Below, piece after piece: positions 1 to 9,142 of a stretch of DNA of 32,000 bases. Both the position numbers and the translations under genes were made by a program. How positions within the stretch are numbered: position 1 is the stretch's first letter; each line of letters begins with the position of its first letter. The notes under the pieces are model-generated. The model saw only the letters and a program-made list of their open reading frames with translations, was not told where the DNA came from and did not search any database. The DNA is from Acidothermus cellulolyticus 11B (GTDB lineage Bacteria > Actinomycetota > Actinomycetes > Acidothermales > Acidothermaceae), in NCBI RefSeq assembly GCF_000015025.1, contig NC_008578.1, positions 1,260,001 to 1,292,000 of the forward strand, given 5' to 3'.

Positions 1-478
1 AGACGTAGTACGAGGCGCTTCCGCCGAGGGTGAGCCGGTCGTAGTCGATGGTCTTGATACCGGCCTGTGCCGCCTTGGCCTCGACGGCCGCACCGGACGG
101 GCTGTCCAGGTCGACGATGATGAGGACCTTCACGCCTTCCTGGATCATGCTGTCAGCGATCTGTGCGAACTTGTTCTTGTCGCCGAGAGCGTTCTGGATG
201 TCCGCCTTGATACCTGCGGCCTGGAACGCCTTCTGCAGGTTCGGGCGGTCCTGGCTCTCCCACCGGGTGGACGACTGCGTGTCGGGCAGGATGACGCCGA
301 CCTGAGCGCCGCCACCGCCGCCGCCGCCGGCCGACGACGACGCAGCAGCGGACTGGGAGCTGCTCCCGGCAGCGCTTGGGCTGGTCGTACCACTTGTGCT
401 CTTGCTGCTGCTGCACGCGGCAATGCCAAGACCGGCGATAGCCGTGAGAGCAGCGATGCGAACAGCGTTTTTGTACAT
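1..478 (-). CDS. Sugar ABC-transporter substrate-binding lipoprotein (PBP type-1, xylose/ribose class); N-terminal 159 codons only, C-terminus lies beyond window start
   Basis: Own translation of the minus strand from ATG (476-478). It is absent from the ORF track because it runs off the window. MYKNAVRIAALTAIAGLGIAAC = signal peptide plus lipobox (IAAC), followed by a Ser/Gly linker and then AQVGVILPDTQSSTRWESQDRPNLQKAFQAAGIK..., typical of periplasmic sugar-binding proteins. GAGGGG lies 6 nt upstream of the ATG. No stop codon down to position 1. Confidence 0.75.
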   Translation of the reverse strand, partial: MYKNAVRIAALTAIAGLGIAACSSSKSTSGTTSPSAAGSSSQSAAASSSAGGGGGGGAQVGVILPDTQSSTRWESQDRPNLQKAFQAAGIKADIQNALGDKNKFAQIADSMIQEGVKVLIIVDLDSPSGAAVEAKAAQAGIKTIDYDRLTLGGSASYYV

Positions 479-618
479 AGAGATCCCCTCTTGCTCCACG
501 CTGGGCGCGGAGCGTTCGCTCCGCAGGACGGCCCAGTTGTTGCGTCGGACAACATATGCCGGAAGCGGTGATCAGCGGAAGGGGATTCGGCCCGTCGTTT
601 TGGTTCGGTATCGATCCG

Positions 619-1731
619 TTACCGAGACGTGACAGCCGGGTTAGCGGCCGGTGGCTTTTGAGGTGTTTTGTCGCTCCCGGCGGGTGTGAGAGCGGTTACC
701 TGGGCGGGAACGGGCTTCGGCCCGCCGATCTCCGGCAGGTCGTTCGCGACGTCGCCCGGTACGTCGCTCGGCATGTTGTCCGGTACGTAGTCCCGCGTGC
801 CGTCGGGGTTCCGTGCGACGTCGATCCGACGGCCGGGCCGGGACAGGGACGCGCTGACGCAGGTGGCCCCGACGACAAGAGACGCAGCGCCCAGCATGTG
901 AATTTCGACCAACCCCGCAGGCAAGCCGAGGAAGTACTGGGTCCAGCCGATGACCGCTTGGACCGCAAGGAGGACGACCATCCAGCGCGTCGCGCGGATC
1001 GTTCGTCGTCCGACGTCCATGACGGTTGCGGTGACCGCCAGACCCACCGCGAGGCCGACGAGGAGCATGGCGAGATCCGCGTGGAGCTGCGCCAGCGAGG
1101 CAGGTCGCGCCGGTATCCGGGCGGCCCGAGGATCGCCCGCATGCGGACCGGCACCCGTCACGGTGGTGCCGGCTGCGCAGACCGCGAAGGTCAGGGCAAG
1201 GAGGGCCTGCCCGGCCCGCCGGAGAGCTACCGGCGGCGCACCGGTGGCTGCCGGTGGAAGCGATCGAAACCAGGCCACCGTCGCGGTGGCGACAACGCCC
1301 ATCGAGAGCAAGAAATGCGCCGCAACCGCCCACGGGTTGAGGTCGGTCAGAACGGTGATACCGCCAAGCACGGCCTGCGCCGGAATGCCGAGGAGCGTGG
1401 CCCACGCCCACGGTCGCAGGTCACGGCGCTCCGGTGCGGCCCGGTAAACGGCGACGAGTGCTGCGACCGCGGCTGCCAAGACGACGTAGGTGAACAGCCG
1501 GTTCCCGAATTCGACGTACTTGTGCCACGAGAGCTCAGGCGTCGGGACCAACGACGACGGCGCGCAGTCCGGCCATGATGGGCACCCCAGGCCGGAGCCG
1601 GTGAGTCGGACCAGACCGCCGGTGCCCACAATCGCGACGTTCGCGACCAGCGCCGCTGCGGTGCACCGGCGCACCACCTGAGGTGTTGCCCGCCACGACC
1701 GGAGGCGGGCACGTATCGTTGCCGCGGGCAC
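619..1731 (-). CDS. ctaA: Heme A synthase (COX15/CtaA family cytochrome oxidase assembly protein)
   Basis: 370-aa ORF with the N-terminal GSGLGCPSWPDC Cys pair. It has multiple hydrophobic helices with conserved His contexts (WHKYVEFGNR, AAHFLLS, LHADLAML, EIHMLGA). The position next to the suf operon matches mycobacteria (Rv1456c, from memory). The GTG start at 1731 is not verified. There is a roughly 68-aa Pro/Asp-rich C-terminal tail. Confidence 0.85.
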   Translation of the reverse strand: MPAATIRARLRSWRATPQVVRRCTAAALVANVAIVGTGGLVRLTGSGLGCPSWPDCAPSSLVPTPELSWHKYVEFGNRLFTYVVLAAAVAALVAVYRAAPERRDLRPWAWATLLGIPAQAVLGGITVLTDLNPWAVAAHFLLSMGVVATATVAWFRSLPPAATGAPPVALRRAGQALLALTFAVCAAGTTVTGAGPHAGDPRAARIPARPASLAQLHADLAMLLVGLAVGLAVTATVMDVGRRTIRATRWMVVLLAVQAVIGWTQYFLGLPAGLVEIHMLGAASLVVGATCVSASLSRPGRRIDVARNPDGTRDYVPDNMPSDVPGDVANDLPEIGGPKPVPAQVTALTPAGSDKTPQKPPAANPAVTSR

Positions 1732-1857
1732 GCCTTGATGCTACGGGCCGCCGATCGTGCCGCCGCTCGCGAGTGTGGATGGGAAGCGGCTCGCGCGGCC
1801 GCCACGTGGTCCGGTGCGGGCCGGGGTGCCGGCACCCGGCCGACAGGCTGAAATAGG

Positions 1858-1863
1858 TAACAT
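1858..1863 (+). promoter_or_regulatory. Candidate -10 hexamer TAACAT positioned for a leaderless sufR transcript
   Basis: TAACAT (TANNNT pattern) ends 7 nt before the in-frame GTG at 1871, inside the only AT-rich patch (ctgaaataggtaacatt) of the ctaA-sufR spacer. No SD motif precedes the GTG. No convincing -35 element. Confidence 0.3.
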
Positions 1864-1870
1864 TGCGGTT

Positions 1871-2647
1871 GTGAAATCCGCGGTCACCCTGCTGGGGTCG
1901 GACGACGTCCGCACCCGCGATCGCGTCGCGCGCGCCTTGCACGAGCACGGACCGCAGACTGCGGCGGCGTTGAGCATGCGGTTCGGCCTCACACCGGCCG
2001 CCGTCCGGCGCCACCTCGAGGCACTGATCGCGGCCGGAAAGGTCTGCGAAGTTCCCGAACCGAAGGGTCGCGTGCGCCATCGCGGCCGCCCGGCGAAGCT
2101 CTTCGCACTGACCGATCTCGGCCGTTCCGCATTCCCGCACGCCTACGACTCCCTCGCCGCGGCCGCGCTGCGTTACGTCGCCCAGCTCGTCGGCGAACCG
2201 GGCGTTCGGGAATTCGCGTACCGGCATGCCGCCGAGCTCGAGGGCCGTTACGCAACCGTCCTCGCTCAACTCGACCGGCGAGAGCGCCCAGCCGCCCTCG
2301 CCGAGGCCCTTACCGCCGACGGATACGCAGCCTCCGTCGAAACGGTGCCGACCGGCACGCAGATTTGCCAGCACCACTGCCCGATCGCCCATGTCGCCGC
2401 GGAATTCCCGCAGCTGTGCGAGGCTGAGACGCAGGCGTTCGCGCGATTGCTGGACATCCACGTCCAGCGGCTGGCGACCATCGCCCACGGTGACGGCGTC
2501 TGCACCACCCACATTCCGGCCGCCGTGCAGCCCGATGGTGACAGCCGTCACCTTCCGGTGTTGACGCAGCGTCCCCGCCGGACACGCCGGCGTGGACGAC
2601 GGCAACCGACGTCCACGCAGGCCACGAGACCGTACGAGAAGGCGTAG
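1871..2647 (+). CDS. sufR: SufR-type [4Fe-4S] winged-helix transcriptional repressor of the suf operon
   Basis: Lies in track ORF 1757..2647. It has a wHTH segment (VRTRDRVARALHEHGPQTAAALSMRFGLTPAAVRRHLEALIAAGKV) and a C-terminal Cys set (ICQHHCP, QLCEAE, GVCTTH), and sits directly upstream of sufB. I set the start at in-frame GTG 1871. The first 38 track codons are Arg/Pro/Gly-rich and lie in the promoter spacer, so the start remains uncertain. Confidence 0.85.
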   Translation: MKSAVTLLGSDDVRTRDRVARALHEHGPQTAAALSMRFGLTPAAVRRHLEALIAAGKVCEVPEPKGRVRHRGRPAKLFALTDLGRSAFPHAYDSLAAAALRYVAQLVGEPGVREFAYRHAAELEGRYATVLAQLDRRERPAALAEALTADGYAASVETVPTGTQICQHHCPIAHVAAEFPQLCEAETQAFARLLDIHVQRLATIAHGDGVCTTHIPAAVQPDGDSRHLPVLTQRPRRTRRRGRRQPTSTQATRPYEKA

Positions 2648-2662
2648 GAGGAAGGTCACATC

Positions 2663-4075
2663 ATGACGACGTTGCAGCGTCCCGAATTGGACCAGCTCGG
2701 CCGGTACAAGTTCGGATGGGCGGATCCGGACATCGCCGGCGCCTCCGCCCGCCGCGGGCTCTCCGAAGAGGTGGTCCGCGACATTTCGGCGAAGAAGGGG
2801 GAACCGGCGTGGATGCTCGAGCGACGTCTGAAGGCGTTGCGCATTTTTGAGAAGAAGCCGCTGCCCACGTGGGGCGCCGACCTGTCGGGCATCGATTTCA
2901 ACACCATCAAGTACTACGTGCGCGCCAGTGAGAAGCAGGCGAACAGTTGGGACGAGCTGCCGGAGGACATCCGCCGCACCTACGACCGCCTCGGCATTCC
3001 CGAAGCGGAGAAGCAGCGCCTCATCGCCGGTGTCGCCGCGCAGTACGAATCGGAGGTCGTCTACCACAAGATTCGCGAGGATCTGGCCCGTCAGGGCGTC
3101 ATTTTCCTCGACACAGACACCGGACTCCGTGAACACGAGGACCTCTTCAAAGAGTATTTCGGCTCGGTGATCCCCGCCGGTGACAACAAGTTCGCCGCGT
3201 TGAACACCGCGGTCTGGTCCGGCGGCTCGTTCATTTATGTGCCGCCCGGCGTCCACGTCGACATCCCGCTGCAGGCGTACTTCCGCATCAACACCGAGAA
3301 CATGGGCCAGTTCGAGCGGACCCTCATCATCGTCGATGAAGGGGCGTACGTGCACTACGTCGAGGGCTGTACCGCGCCGATTTATTCGAGCGATTCCCTG
3401 CACGCCGCCGTCGTCGAAATCATCGTGAAGAAGAATGCCCGGTGCCGGTACACGACGATTCAGAACTGGTCGAACAACGTGTACAACCTGGTCACCAAGC
3501 GTGCGGTCGCCCATGAGGGCGCCACCATGGAGTGGGTGGACGGCAATATCGGGTCGAAAGTCACGATGAAGTACCCCGCGGTGTGGCTGGTCGGTCCGCA
3601 CGCGAAAGGTGAGACGCTGTCGGTGGCGTTCGCCGGTGAGGGCCAGCATCAGGACGCCGGCGCGAAGATGGTGCACGCCGCACCGTACACGTCGTCCACC
3701 ATCGTGTCGAAATCCGTTGCCCGAGGGGGAGGACGGACGAGCTACCGCGGTCTGGTGCAGGTCATGGAAGGCGCATACGGCTCGAAGTCCACGGTCAAGT
3801 GCGACGCCCTGCTCGTCGACACGATCAGCCGGTCCGACACCTACCCCTACGTGGACGTCCGCGAGGACGACGTCGCGATGGGGCACGAGGCAACCGTGTC
3901 AAAGGTCAATGAGAACCAGCTCTTCTACCTCATGAGCCGAGGGCTCACCGAGGACGAAGCAATGGCGATGATCGTCCGAGGCTTCGTCGAGCCGATCGCC
4001 CGGGAGCTGCCCATGGAGTATGCCCTGGAGCTCAACCGGCTCATCGAACTGCAAATGGAAGGGGCCGTCGGCTGA
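2663..4075 (+). CDS. sufB: Fe-S cluster assembly scaffold protein SufB
   Basis: 470 aa, uninterrupted. Sequence is typical of SufB throughout (FGWADPD..., [48 protein letters not shown]). GGAGGAAGG SD lies upstream of ATG 2663. Confidence 0.97.
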   Translation: MTTLQRPELDQLGRYKFGWADPDIAGASARRGLSEEVVRDISAKKGEPAWMLERRLKALRIFEKKPLPTWGADLSGIDFNTIKYYVRASEKQANSWDELPEDIRRTYDRLGIPEAEKQRLIAGVAAQYESEVVYHKIREDLARQGVIFLDTDTGLREHEDLFKEYFGSVIPAGDNKFAALNTAVWSGGSFIYVPPGVHVDIPLQAYFRINTENMGQFERTLIIVDEGAYVHYVEGCTAPIYSSDSLHAAVVEIIVKKNARCRYTTIQNWSNNVYNLVTKRAVAHEGATMEWVDGNIGSKVTMKYPAVWLVGPHAKGETLSVAFAGEGQHQDAGAKMVHAAPYTSSTIVSKSVARGGGRTSYRGLVQVMEGAYGSKSTVKCDALLVDTISRSDTYPYVDVREDDVAMGHEATVSKVNENQLFYLMSRGLTEDEAMAMIVRGFVEPIARELPMEYALELNRLIELQMEGAVG

Positions 4076-5298
4076 TGACGGAGCGCACGAACATGCTAGA
4101 AACCGCCGAGCTCTCCGAGCTCGAACGCGGACGGATCGACGTCGACGACGCGCCGGTCCATCCGCAGCCGCACAGCCACGGTCTCCAAGGCGGCCGGCAC
4201 CTTGAGCGGACGTTCTCCTTTGACCCGGCGGACTTTCCGGAGCCGGACAGTCACCAGGAGCTCTGGCGGTTCGCCGCGCTTCCCCGCCTCCGGCCGCTGT
4301 TTGCGGGCCCGCCGGCGACGGGAACCGTCGACGTCAGCTGGCCTGACGCAGCGCCGGTCCAGACGGTGCCGATGACGGATCCGAGGCTCGACGTCGTCCA
4401 CACGCCGTTCGACCGGATATCCGCGGTGGCCCGGCAGCGGGTCACCGAGGCTTTAGTCGTCGACATCGGTGACACGGCGGCCGAGCCGGTCACTCTCGCC
4501 GCCAAAGGCACGGGCGGGGTGAGCTACGGGCATTTGCTCGTCACGACCCGTCCCGGGAGCGCCGGCACTGTGGTCCTTGACCACAGGGGGAGCGGCACCT
4601 ACGCAGCAAACGTCGAGCTCGATGTCGCCGACGGGTCAAGCCTGACGTTCGTCACCATCCAGGATTGGGACGACGACGCCATTCACGTCGCCGCGCACTC
4701 GGCCCGGATTGGCCGGGACGCCCGATTGCGGCACATCAACGTGAGCTTCGGCGGTTCGGCCGTGCGCATTTCACCCCTCGTCACGTTCGCCGCGCCGGGC
4801 GGCGATGCGGAATTGCTCGGTGTCTTCTTCGCCGACGCCGGCCAACACATCGACGCACGGCTCATGGTCGACCATTCGGCGCCGAATTGCCGGAGCCGGG
4901 TGAATTACCGCGGTGCGCTGCAAGGAGAGAAGGCGCGGACCGTCTGGGTCGGTGACGTCATCATCCGCCCGCAAGCCGTGGGTACGGACACCTACGAGGC
5001 CAACCGCAACCTTCTGCTCACCGACGGCGCCCGAGCCGACTCGGTGCCGAATCTGGAAATCCTCACCGGCGAGGTCATCGGAGCCGGCCACGCGAGTGCG
5101 ACCGGACGGTTGGACGACGAACAGCTCTTCTACCTGCAGGCCCGTGGTATTCCGCGTGATCAGGCGCGCCGGCTCATTGTGCGGGGCTTCTTCGCCGACG
5201 TCATCGAGGACATCGGCATCCCGGAGTTGGTGACCCGGCTGCTCGCCCATGTCGACCGGGAGCTGGAATTGACCGAGCTCACGGCGGTCAACCGATGA
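4075..5298 (+). CDS. sufD: Fe-S cluster assembly protein SufD
   Basis: 407 aa. ATGA overlap with the sufB stop (4073-4077). C-terminal SUFBD-type beta-helix signature (NLLLTDGARADSVPNLEI, DDEQLFYLQARGIPRDQARRLIVRGF). Confidence 0.93.
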   Translation: MTERTNMLETAELSELERGRIDVDDAPVHPQPHSHGLQGGRHLERTFSFDPADFPEPDSHQELWRFAALPRLRPLFAGPPATGTVDVSWPDAAPVQTVPMTDPRLDVVHTPFDRISAVARQRVTEALVVDIGDTAAEPVTLAAKGTGGVSYGHLLVTTRPGSAGTVVLDHRGSGTYAANVELDVADGSSLTFVTIQDWDDDAIHVAAHSARIGRDARLRHINVSFGGSAVRISPLVTFAAPGGDAELLGVFFADAGQHIDARLMVDHSAPNCRSRVNYRGALQGEKARTVWVGDVIIRPQAVGTDTYEANRNLLLTDGARADSVPNLEILTGEVIGAGHASATGRLDDEQLFYLQARGIPRDQARRLIVRGFFADVIEDIGIPELVTRLLAHVDRELELTELTAVNR

Positions 5299-5359
5299 CC
5301 CGGTCTGCGGTGGACGTTCCACGATCCTTTGTGTCCGGTACCTGTGTCAAGGAGATGGC

Positions 5360-6118
5360 ATGAGCACCTTGGAGATACGTGACTTGCACGTCACTGTCGA
5401 CTCATCCGACGGTGAACGGGAAATTCTGCACGGCATCGACCTCACCGTCCGGTCCGGTGAAACGCACGCGATCATGGGCCCGAACGGTTCGGGCAAGTCG
5501 ACGTTGGCGTACGCCCTCGCCGGTCACCCGAAATATCACATCACCGGCGGCGCCGTCCTGCTGGACGGCGTCGACATCACCACGATGAAAGTGGACGAAC
5601 GCGCCCGCGCCGGGCTCTTCCTCGCCATGCAGTACCCCGTCGAGGTGCCGGGGGTGTCGGTCTCGAACTTCCTGCGCACCGCAGTCACCGCGCTTCGCGG
5701 CCAGGCGCCGAAACTCCGGGCGTGGGTGACCGAGATGAAGGAAGCGATGAACAGGCTGCAGATCGACGCGAGTTTCGCCGACCGGAATCTCAATGAAGGC
5801 TTCTCCGGCGGCGAGAAGAGGCGTCACGAAATTCTGCAACTCGAACTGCTGAATCCGAAATTCGCCGTCCTCGACGAGACGGACTCCGGGTTGGACATCG
5901 ACGCGTTGAAAGTCGTCTCCGAGGGCATCAACCGGTTCCGGGCCGACAAGGAGCACGGTGTGCTGCTCATCACCCACTACACGCGGATTCTCCGCTACGT
6001 CCCACCCGATCACGTGCACGTCGTTGTCGACGGGCGAATCGCGGAAGAGGGCGGCCCGGAGCTGGCCGAGCGGCTGGAGGCCGAAGGGTACGAGCGGTAT
6101 GTGAGGGCGACCGCGTAG
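5360..6118 (+). CDS. sufC: Fe-S cluster assembly ATPase SufC
   Basis: 252 aa. Walker A GPNGSGKST, signature FSGGEKRR, Walker B AVLDETDSGLD, H-loop ITHY. AAGGAG SD upstream. Confidence 0.97.
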   Translation: MSTLEIRDLHVTVDSSDGEREILHGIDLTVRSGETHAIMGPNGSGKSTLAYALAGHPKYHITGGAVLLDGVDITTMKVDERARAGLFLAMQYPVEVPGVSVSNFLRTAVTALRGQAPKLRAWVTEMKEAMNRLQIDASFADRNLNEGFSGGEKRRHEILQLELLNPKFAVLDETDSGLDIDALKVVSEGINRFRADKEHGVLLITHYTRILRYVPPDHVHVVVDGRIAEEGGPELAERLEAEGYERYVRATA

Positions 6119-6141
6119 CCGCCGGTCCTGAGGAGGTCCCG

Positions 6142-7377
6142 ATGGCGTTCGACGTCGACGTCGTGCGGAAGGATTTTCCGATCCTTGAGCGCACGGTGCG
6201 GGATGGACGGCCGCTGGTCTACCTCGACAGTGCCAACACGTCGCAGAAGCCGCGCGCCGTCCTCGACACGCTCACCGCCTTCTATGAACGGCACAACGCG
6301 AACATCCACCGCGCGACCCACGCCCTGGGCGAAGAGGCGACCGAGGCGTACGAGACCGCGCGGATGAAGGTCGCGGACTTCATCGGTGCCGGTGCAGCGG
6401 AAGAGGTCGTCTTCGTCAAGAACTCCTCGGAGGCGCTCAACCTGGTAGCCAATGTGCTGAGCTGGGGGCCGCGGGCGGTCGGTCCCGGTGACGAGATCGT
6501 CATCACCGAGATGGAGCACCACTCGAACATCGTGCCCTGGCAGATCCTCTGTGAGCGGACCGGCGCCCGGCTCCGCTGGTTCGGCGTCACCGATGACGGC
6601 CGCCTCGACCTGGACGGCATGGACGACCTGCTCACCGAGCGCACCCGGGTCCTCGCCGTCGTCCACGTTTCGAACGTCCTGGGCACGGTGAACCCGATCC
6701 CGCTCCTTGCCGAACGCGCCCACCAGGTAGGGGCGCTCGTGGTCGTCGATGCGTCGCAGTCCGTCCCGCACATGCCGGTGGATGTGGCCGCGTTGGGCGC
6801 GGACTTCCTGGCTTTCACCGGGCACAAGATGTGCGGACCGACCGGCATCGGCGTGCTCTGGGGACGCCGCGACCTGCTCGAGGAGCTGCCGCCGTTCCTC
6901 GGCGGCGGCGAAATGATCGAGACGGTCACCATGGAGAAGTCCACGTACGCCGCCGTGCCGCACAAGTACGAGGCCGGCACACCGCCGATCGCGCAAGCGG
7001 TGGGACTCGGCGCCGCGGTCGATTACCTGCGCAGCATCGGCATGGACCAGATCGCGGCGCACGAGCGGGAGCTCACCGCGTACGCCCTCGGGCGGCTCAC
7101 GGAACTTCCCGGCGTGCGCATCCTCGGCCCGACGGAAGCGGTCGACCGGGGGAGCGCGATCTCGTTCGTGGTGGACGGCGTCCACCCCCACGACGTCGCC
7201 CAAGTGCTGGATGCGCACGGCGTGGCAGTCCGCGCCGGCCACCACTGCGGCCGGCCGATCCACCTGCGCTTCGGGGTTGCCGCGTCGACCCGCGCATCCT
7301 CGTACCTGTACACCACCGAGGGGGAGATCGACGCCCTCGTCACGGGATTGCACGCGGTGCGGAGGTTCTTCGCCTGA
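6142..7377 (+). CDS. sufS: Cysteine desulfurase SufS (class V aminotransferase, group II)
   Basis: 411 aa. HHSNIVPWQ, PLP-lysine context FTGHKMCGPTGIGVLWG, catalytic Cys context RAGHHCGRP. Confidence 0.95.
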   Translation: MAFDVDVVRKDFPILERTVRDGRPLVYLDSANTSQKPRAVLDTLTAFYERHNANIHRATHALGEEATEAYETARMKVADFIGAGAAEEVVFVKNSSEALNLVANVLSWGPRAVGPGDEIVITEMEHHSNIVPWQILCERTGARLRWFGVTDDGRLDLDGMDDLLTERTRVLAVVHVSNVLGTVNPIPLLAERAHQVGALVVVDASQSVPHMPVDVAALGADFLAFTGHKMCGPTGIGVLWGRRDLLEELPPFLGGGEMIETVTMEKSTYAAVPHKYEAGTPPIAQAVGLGAAVDYLRSIGMDQIAAHERELTAYALGRLTELPGVRILGPTEAVDRGSAISFVVDGVHPHDVAQVLDAHGVAVRAGHHCGRPIHLRFGVAASTRASSYLYTTEGEIDALVTGLHAVRRFFA

Positions 7378-7850
7378 TGGACCTCGAGGCCATGTACCAG
7401 GAGATCATCCTGGACCACTACCGCAATCCGCATCACCGTGGGTTGCGCGAGCCGTACGACGTCGAGGTCCATCACGTGAACCCGACCTGCGGCGACGAAG
7501 TGACCCTGCGGGTCAAGCTCGACGGGCCAAAGATCGTGGATGTCTCGTACGAGAGCATCGGATGCTCCATCAGCCAGGCGGCCGCCTCCGTCCTCGCCGA
7601 TCTCATGATCGGAAGTGAGGTGCAGGACGGGCTGGCGGTGCACCAGGCCTTTCTCGAGCTCATGCAATCCAAGGGCGCCGGGCAGGCCGACGAGCAGCTC
7701 CTCGGTGATGCGGTCGCCTTTGCCGGCGTGGCCAAGTACCCCGCCCGCGTGAAGTGCGCGCTGTTGTCCTGGATGGCGTGGAAGGACGCTACGCTGCAAG
7801 CGATGAGCCGGGCGGACGAAGGTTCGGCCAGCAGCGAAATTCCTGGATGA
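7377..7850 (+). CDS. sufU: SufU/IscU-like sulfur-transfer (NifU N-terminal domain) protein
   Basis: In-frame ATG 7377 overlaps the sufS TGA (ATGA-type coupling). MDLEAMYQEIILDHYRNPHHRG, with three conserved Cys (NPTCGDE, IGCSIS, RVKCALL). The track ORF 6831..7850 is an over-extended off-frame run through sufS. Confidence 0.93.
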   Translation: MDLEAMYQEIILDHYRNPHHRGLREPYDVEVHHVNPTCGDEVTLRVKLDGPKIVDVSYESIGCSISQAAASVLADLMIGSEVQDGLAVHQAFLELMQSKGAGQADEQLLGDAVAFAGVAKYPARVKCALLSWMAWKDATLQAMSRADEGSASSEIPG

Positions 7851-7876
7851 TTGCCAGGGATAGGAGGTTGTCCGCG

Positions 7877-8188
7877 ATGCCCGCGACGGAGGAGGACGTC
7901 AAGGAAGCGCTGTACGACGTCGTCGACCCCGAGCTCGGTATCAATGTCGTGGATCTCGGCCTGGTATACGGCATAACGGTCGACGACGACAACGTCGCGG
8001 TGATTGACATGACGCTCACGTCCGCCGCGTGCCCGCTCACCGACGTCATCGAAGATCAAGCACGGGTCGCGCTCGACGGTCTGGTCAAGGACTTTCGCAT
8101 CAACTGGGTGTGGATGCCGCCGTGGGGTCCGGAGCGCATCACCGACGAAGGCCGCGAGCAATTGCGTGCTATGGGGTTCAATGTCTGA
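7877..8188 (+). CDS. sufT: SufT-like Fe-S assembly protein (DUF59 / FeS_assembly_P domain)
   Basis: MPATEEDVKEALYDVVDPELGINVVDLGLVY...LTSAACPL... AGGAGG lies 8 nt upstream of ATG 7877. An alternative ATG at 7847 overlaps the sufU stop. Confidence 0.88.
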   Translation: MPATEEDVKEALYDVVDPELGINVVDLGLVYGITVDDDNVAVIDMTLTSAACPLTDVIEDQARVALDGLVKDFRINWVWMPPWGPERITDEGREQLRAMGFNV

Positions 8189-8290
8189 GCCGACGCCGCA
8201 AACCGTGCACTGTGGCGGACATTTTGCGTCGACACGCCGGGCGACCTGGATACCAAAACGTTCAACTGATTTCGTAGGGTGAGCTCAAGA

Positions 8291-8355
8291 CCACGGCCGT
8301 GGTGACGTGCCTATGGCCGTGGAAGTCCCGTCCAACCGGAGGTTTTCCACGGTGG
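8291..8355. promoter_or_regulatory. Three copies of a CCACGG(CC)GTGG palindrome-like motif upstream of the HTH gene (candidate operator set)
   Basis: Perfect 12-nt palindrome ccacggccgtgg at 8291-8302. Related copies: atggccgtgg at 8313-8322 and ccacggtgg at 8347-8355. Confidence 0.3.
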
Positions 8356-8493
8356 TCACCGCGGAATGATCACCTGTGCGGCGGTCGCTGCGACCCGGTC
8401 AAAAAGCCGACCTTGTGGAGTAGCGAACACGCGCATTATGGGTGATCATCGGAAGAGGACCACCGACCGTTCGACCGAGAAGGGGTAAGGACC

Positions 8494-8712
8494 GTGGCCG
8501 ACACCGTCAAGAAGGGAAGCCGGGTAACCGGCAGCGAGCGGGAGCGGCTCGCCGCTGAACTGCGCAAGAAGTACGACCAGGGTTTGAGCATTCGGGCACT
8601 AGCCGAACAGACCGGAAGGTCGTACGGCTTCGTCCACCGCATCCTGACCGAATCCGGGACTCAGCTGCGGGGACGCGGCGGCGCAACTCGCGGCCGGTCC
8701 CGTCAATCCTGA
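8494..8712 (+). CDS. Small helix-turn-helix DNA-binding protein (72 aa), conserved actinobacterial type
   Basis: GTG start with GAGAAGGGG upstream. GLSIRALAEQTGRSYGFVHRILTESG is a classic HTH, followed by a basic tail RGRGGATRGRS. It resembles the small regulator annotated near this region in mycobacteria (Rv1473A, from memory). Confidence 0.8.
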   Translation: MADTVKKGSRVTGSERERLAAELRKKYDQGLSIRALAEQTGRSYGFVHRILTESGTQLRGRGGATRGRSRQS

Positions 8713-8721
8713 GCGTCTTGA

Positions 8722-8771
8722 GCTCGGCAGCTTCGGCGGGCTGATGGTGCAACCGCCGAAGCACGCCGAGC
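8722..8771 (+). terminator. Long imperfect hairpin 10 nt after the HTH gene stop (candidate intrinsic terminator, no U-tract)
   Basis: gctcggc-ag-cttcggcgg [13-nt loop] ccgccgaag-cac-gccgagc, giving 16 paired positions. Confidence 0.45.
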
Positions 8772-9142
8772 CGAGACGGGGTTCCCGGTGTAGACGACCG
8801 CCCGGTTCGGCCCTGTCTGCACGGCCGGTCCGGGCGATATCGGTTCGGGTACGGAGAACAACGGGGGCGGGCGCGGCGAAGTCTTGCGTCTGGAAGCGCC
8901 GCGTCTGGTTGACAAGCGGTTTGCCTATGCCAGCACGGATCTGATCGACTGCAGCGGCGAGGCGCGGACGATGCGGCTCGCGGCGGAGCGGTGACGAAGA
9001 CTCCGCGAGATTACCGTGATCGGGCCGGCCTCGTCGGTCAACCGCGGCTTCTGCGGCAAGCCGCGGCGTTGGGTCGTCGGTGGGAATGTGAACGCCGGTA
9101 GCGCATGCTGTACATGGCAAGGCGACCGGAGGAGTTTCCCGT

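Noticed and set aside
1535-3886. 783-aa ORF on the minus strand, the longest in the track
   Set aside because: It lies antisense to sufR and sufB, both of which have unmistakable family sequence. Its product is Arg/Gly/Val/Asp-rich with no motifs. This is the typical long shadow ORF of high-GC DNA.
2663-4075. Intein in SufB, as in M. tuberculosis
   Set aside because: The ORF is 470 aa, is collinear with intein-less SufB, and has no Cys/His-Asn splice-junction block.
6010-7353. 447-aa minus-strand ORF
   Set aside because: Antisense to sufS, and a low-complexity Arg/Asp/Gly-rich translation.
8494-8712. Small HTH protein as the antitoxin of a toxin-antitoxin pair
   Set aside because: There is no adjacent small partner ORF on either side. 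It is followed by a terminator hairpin and a 430-nt gap.
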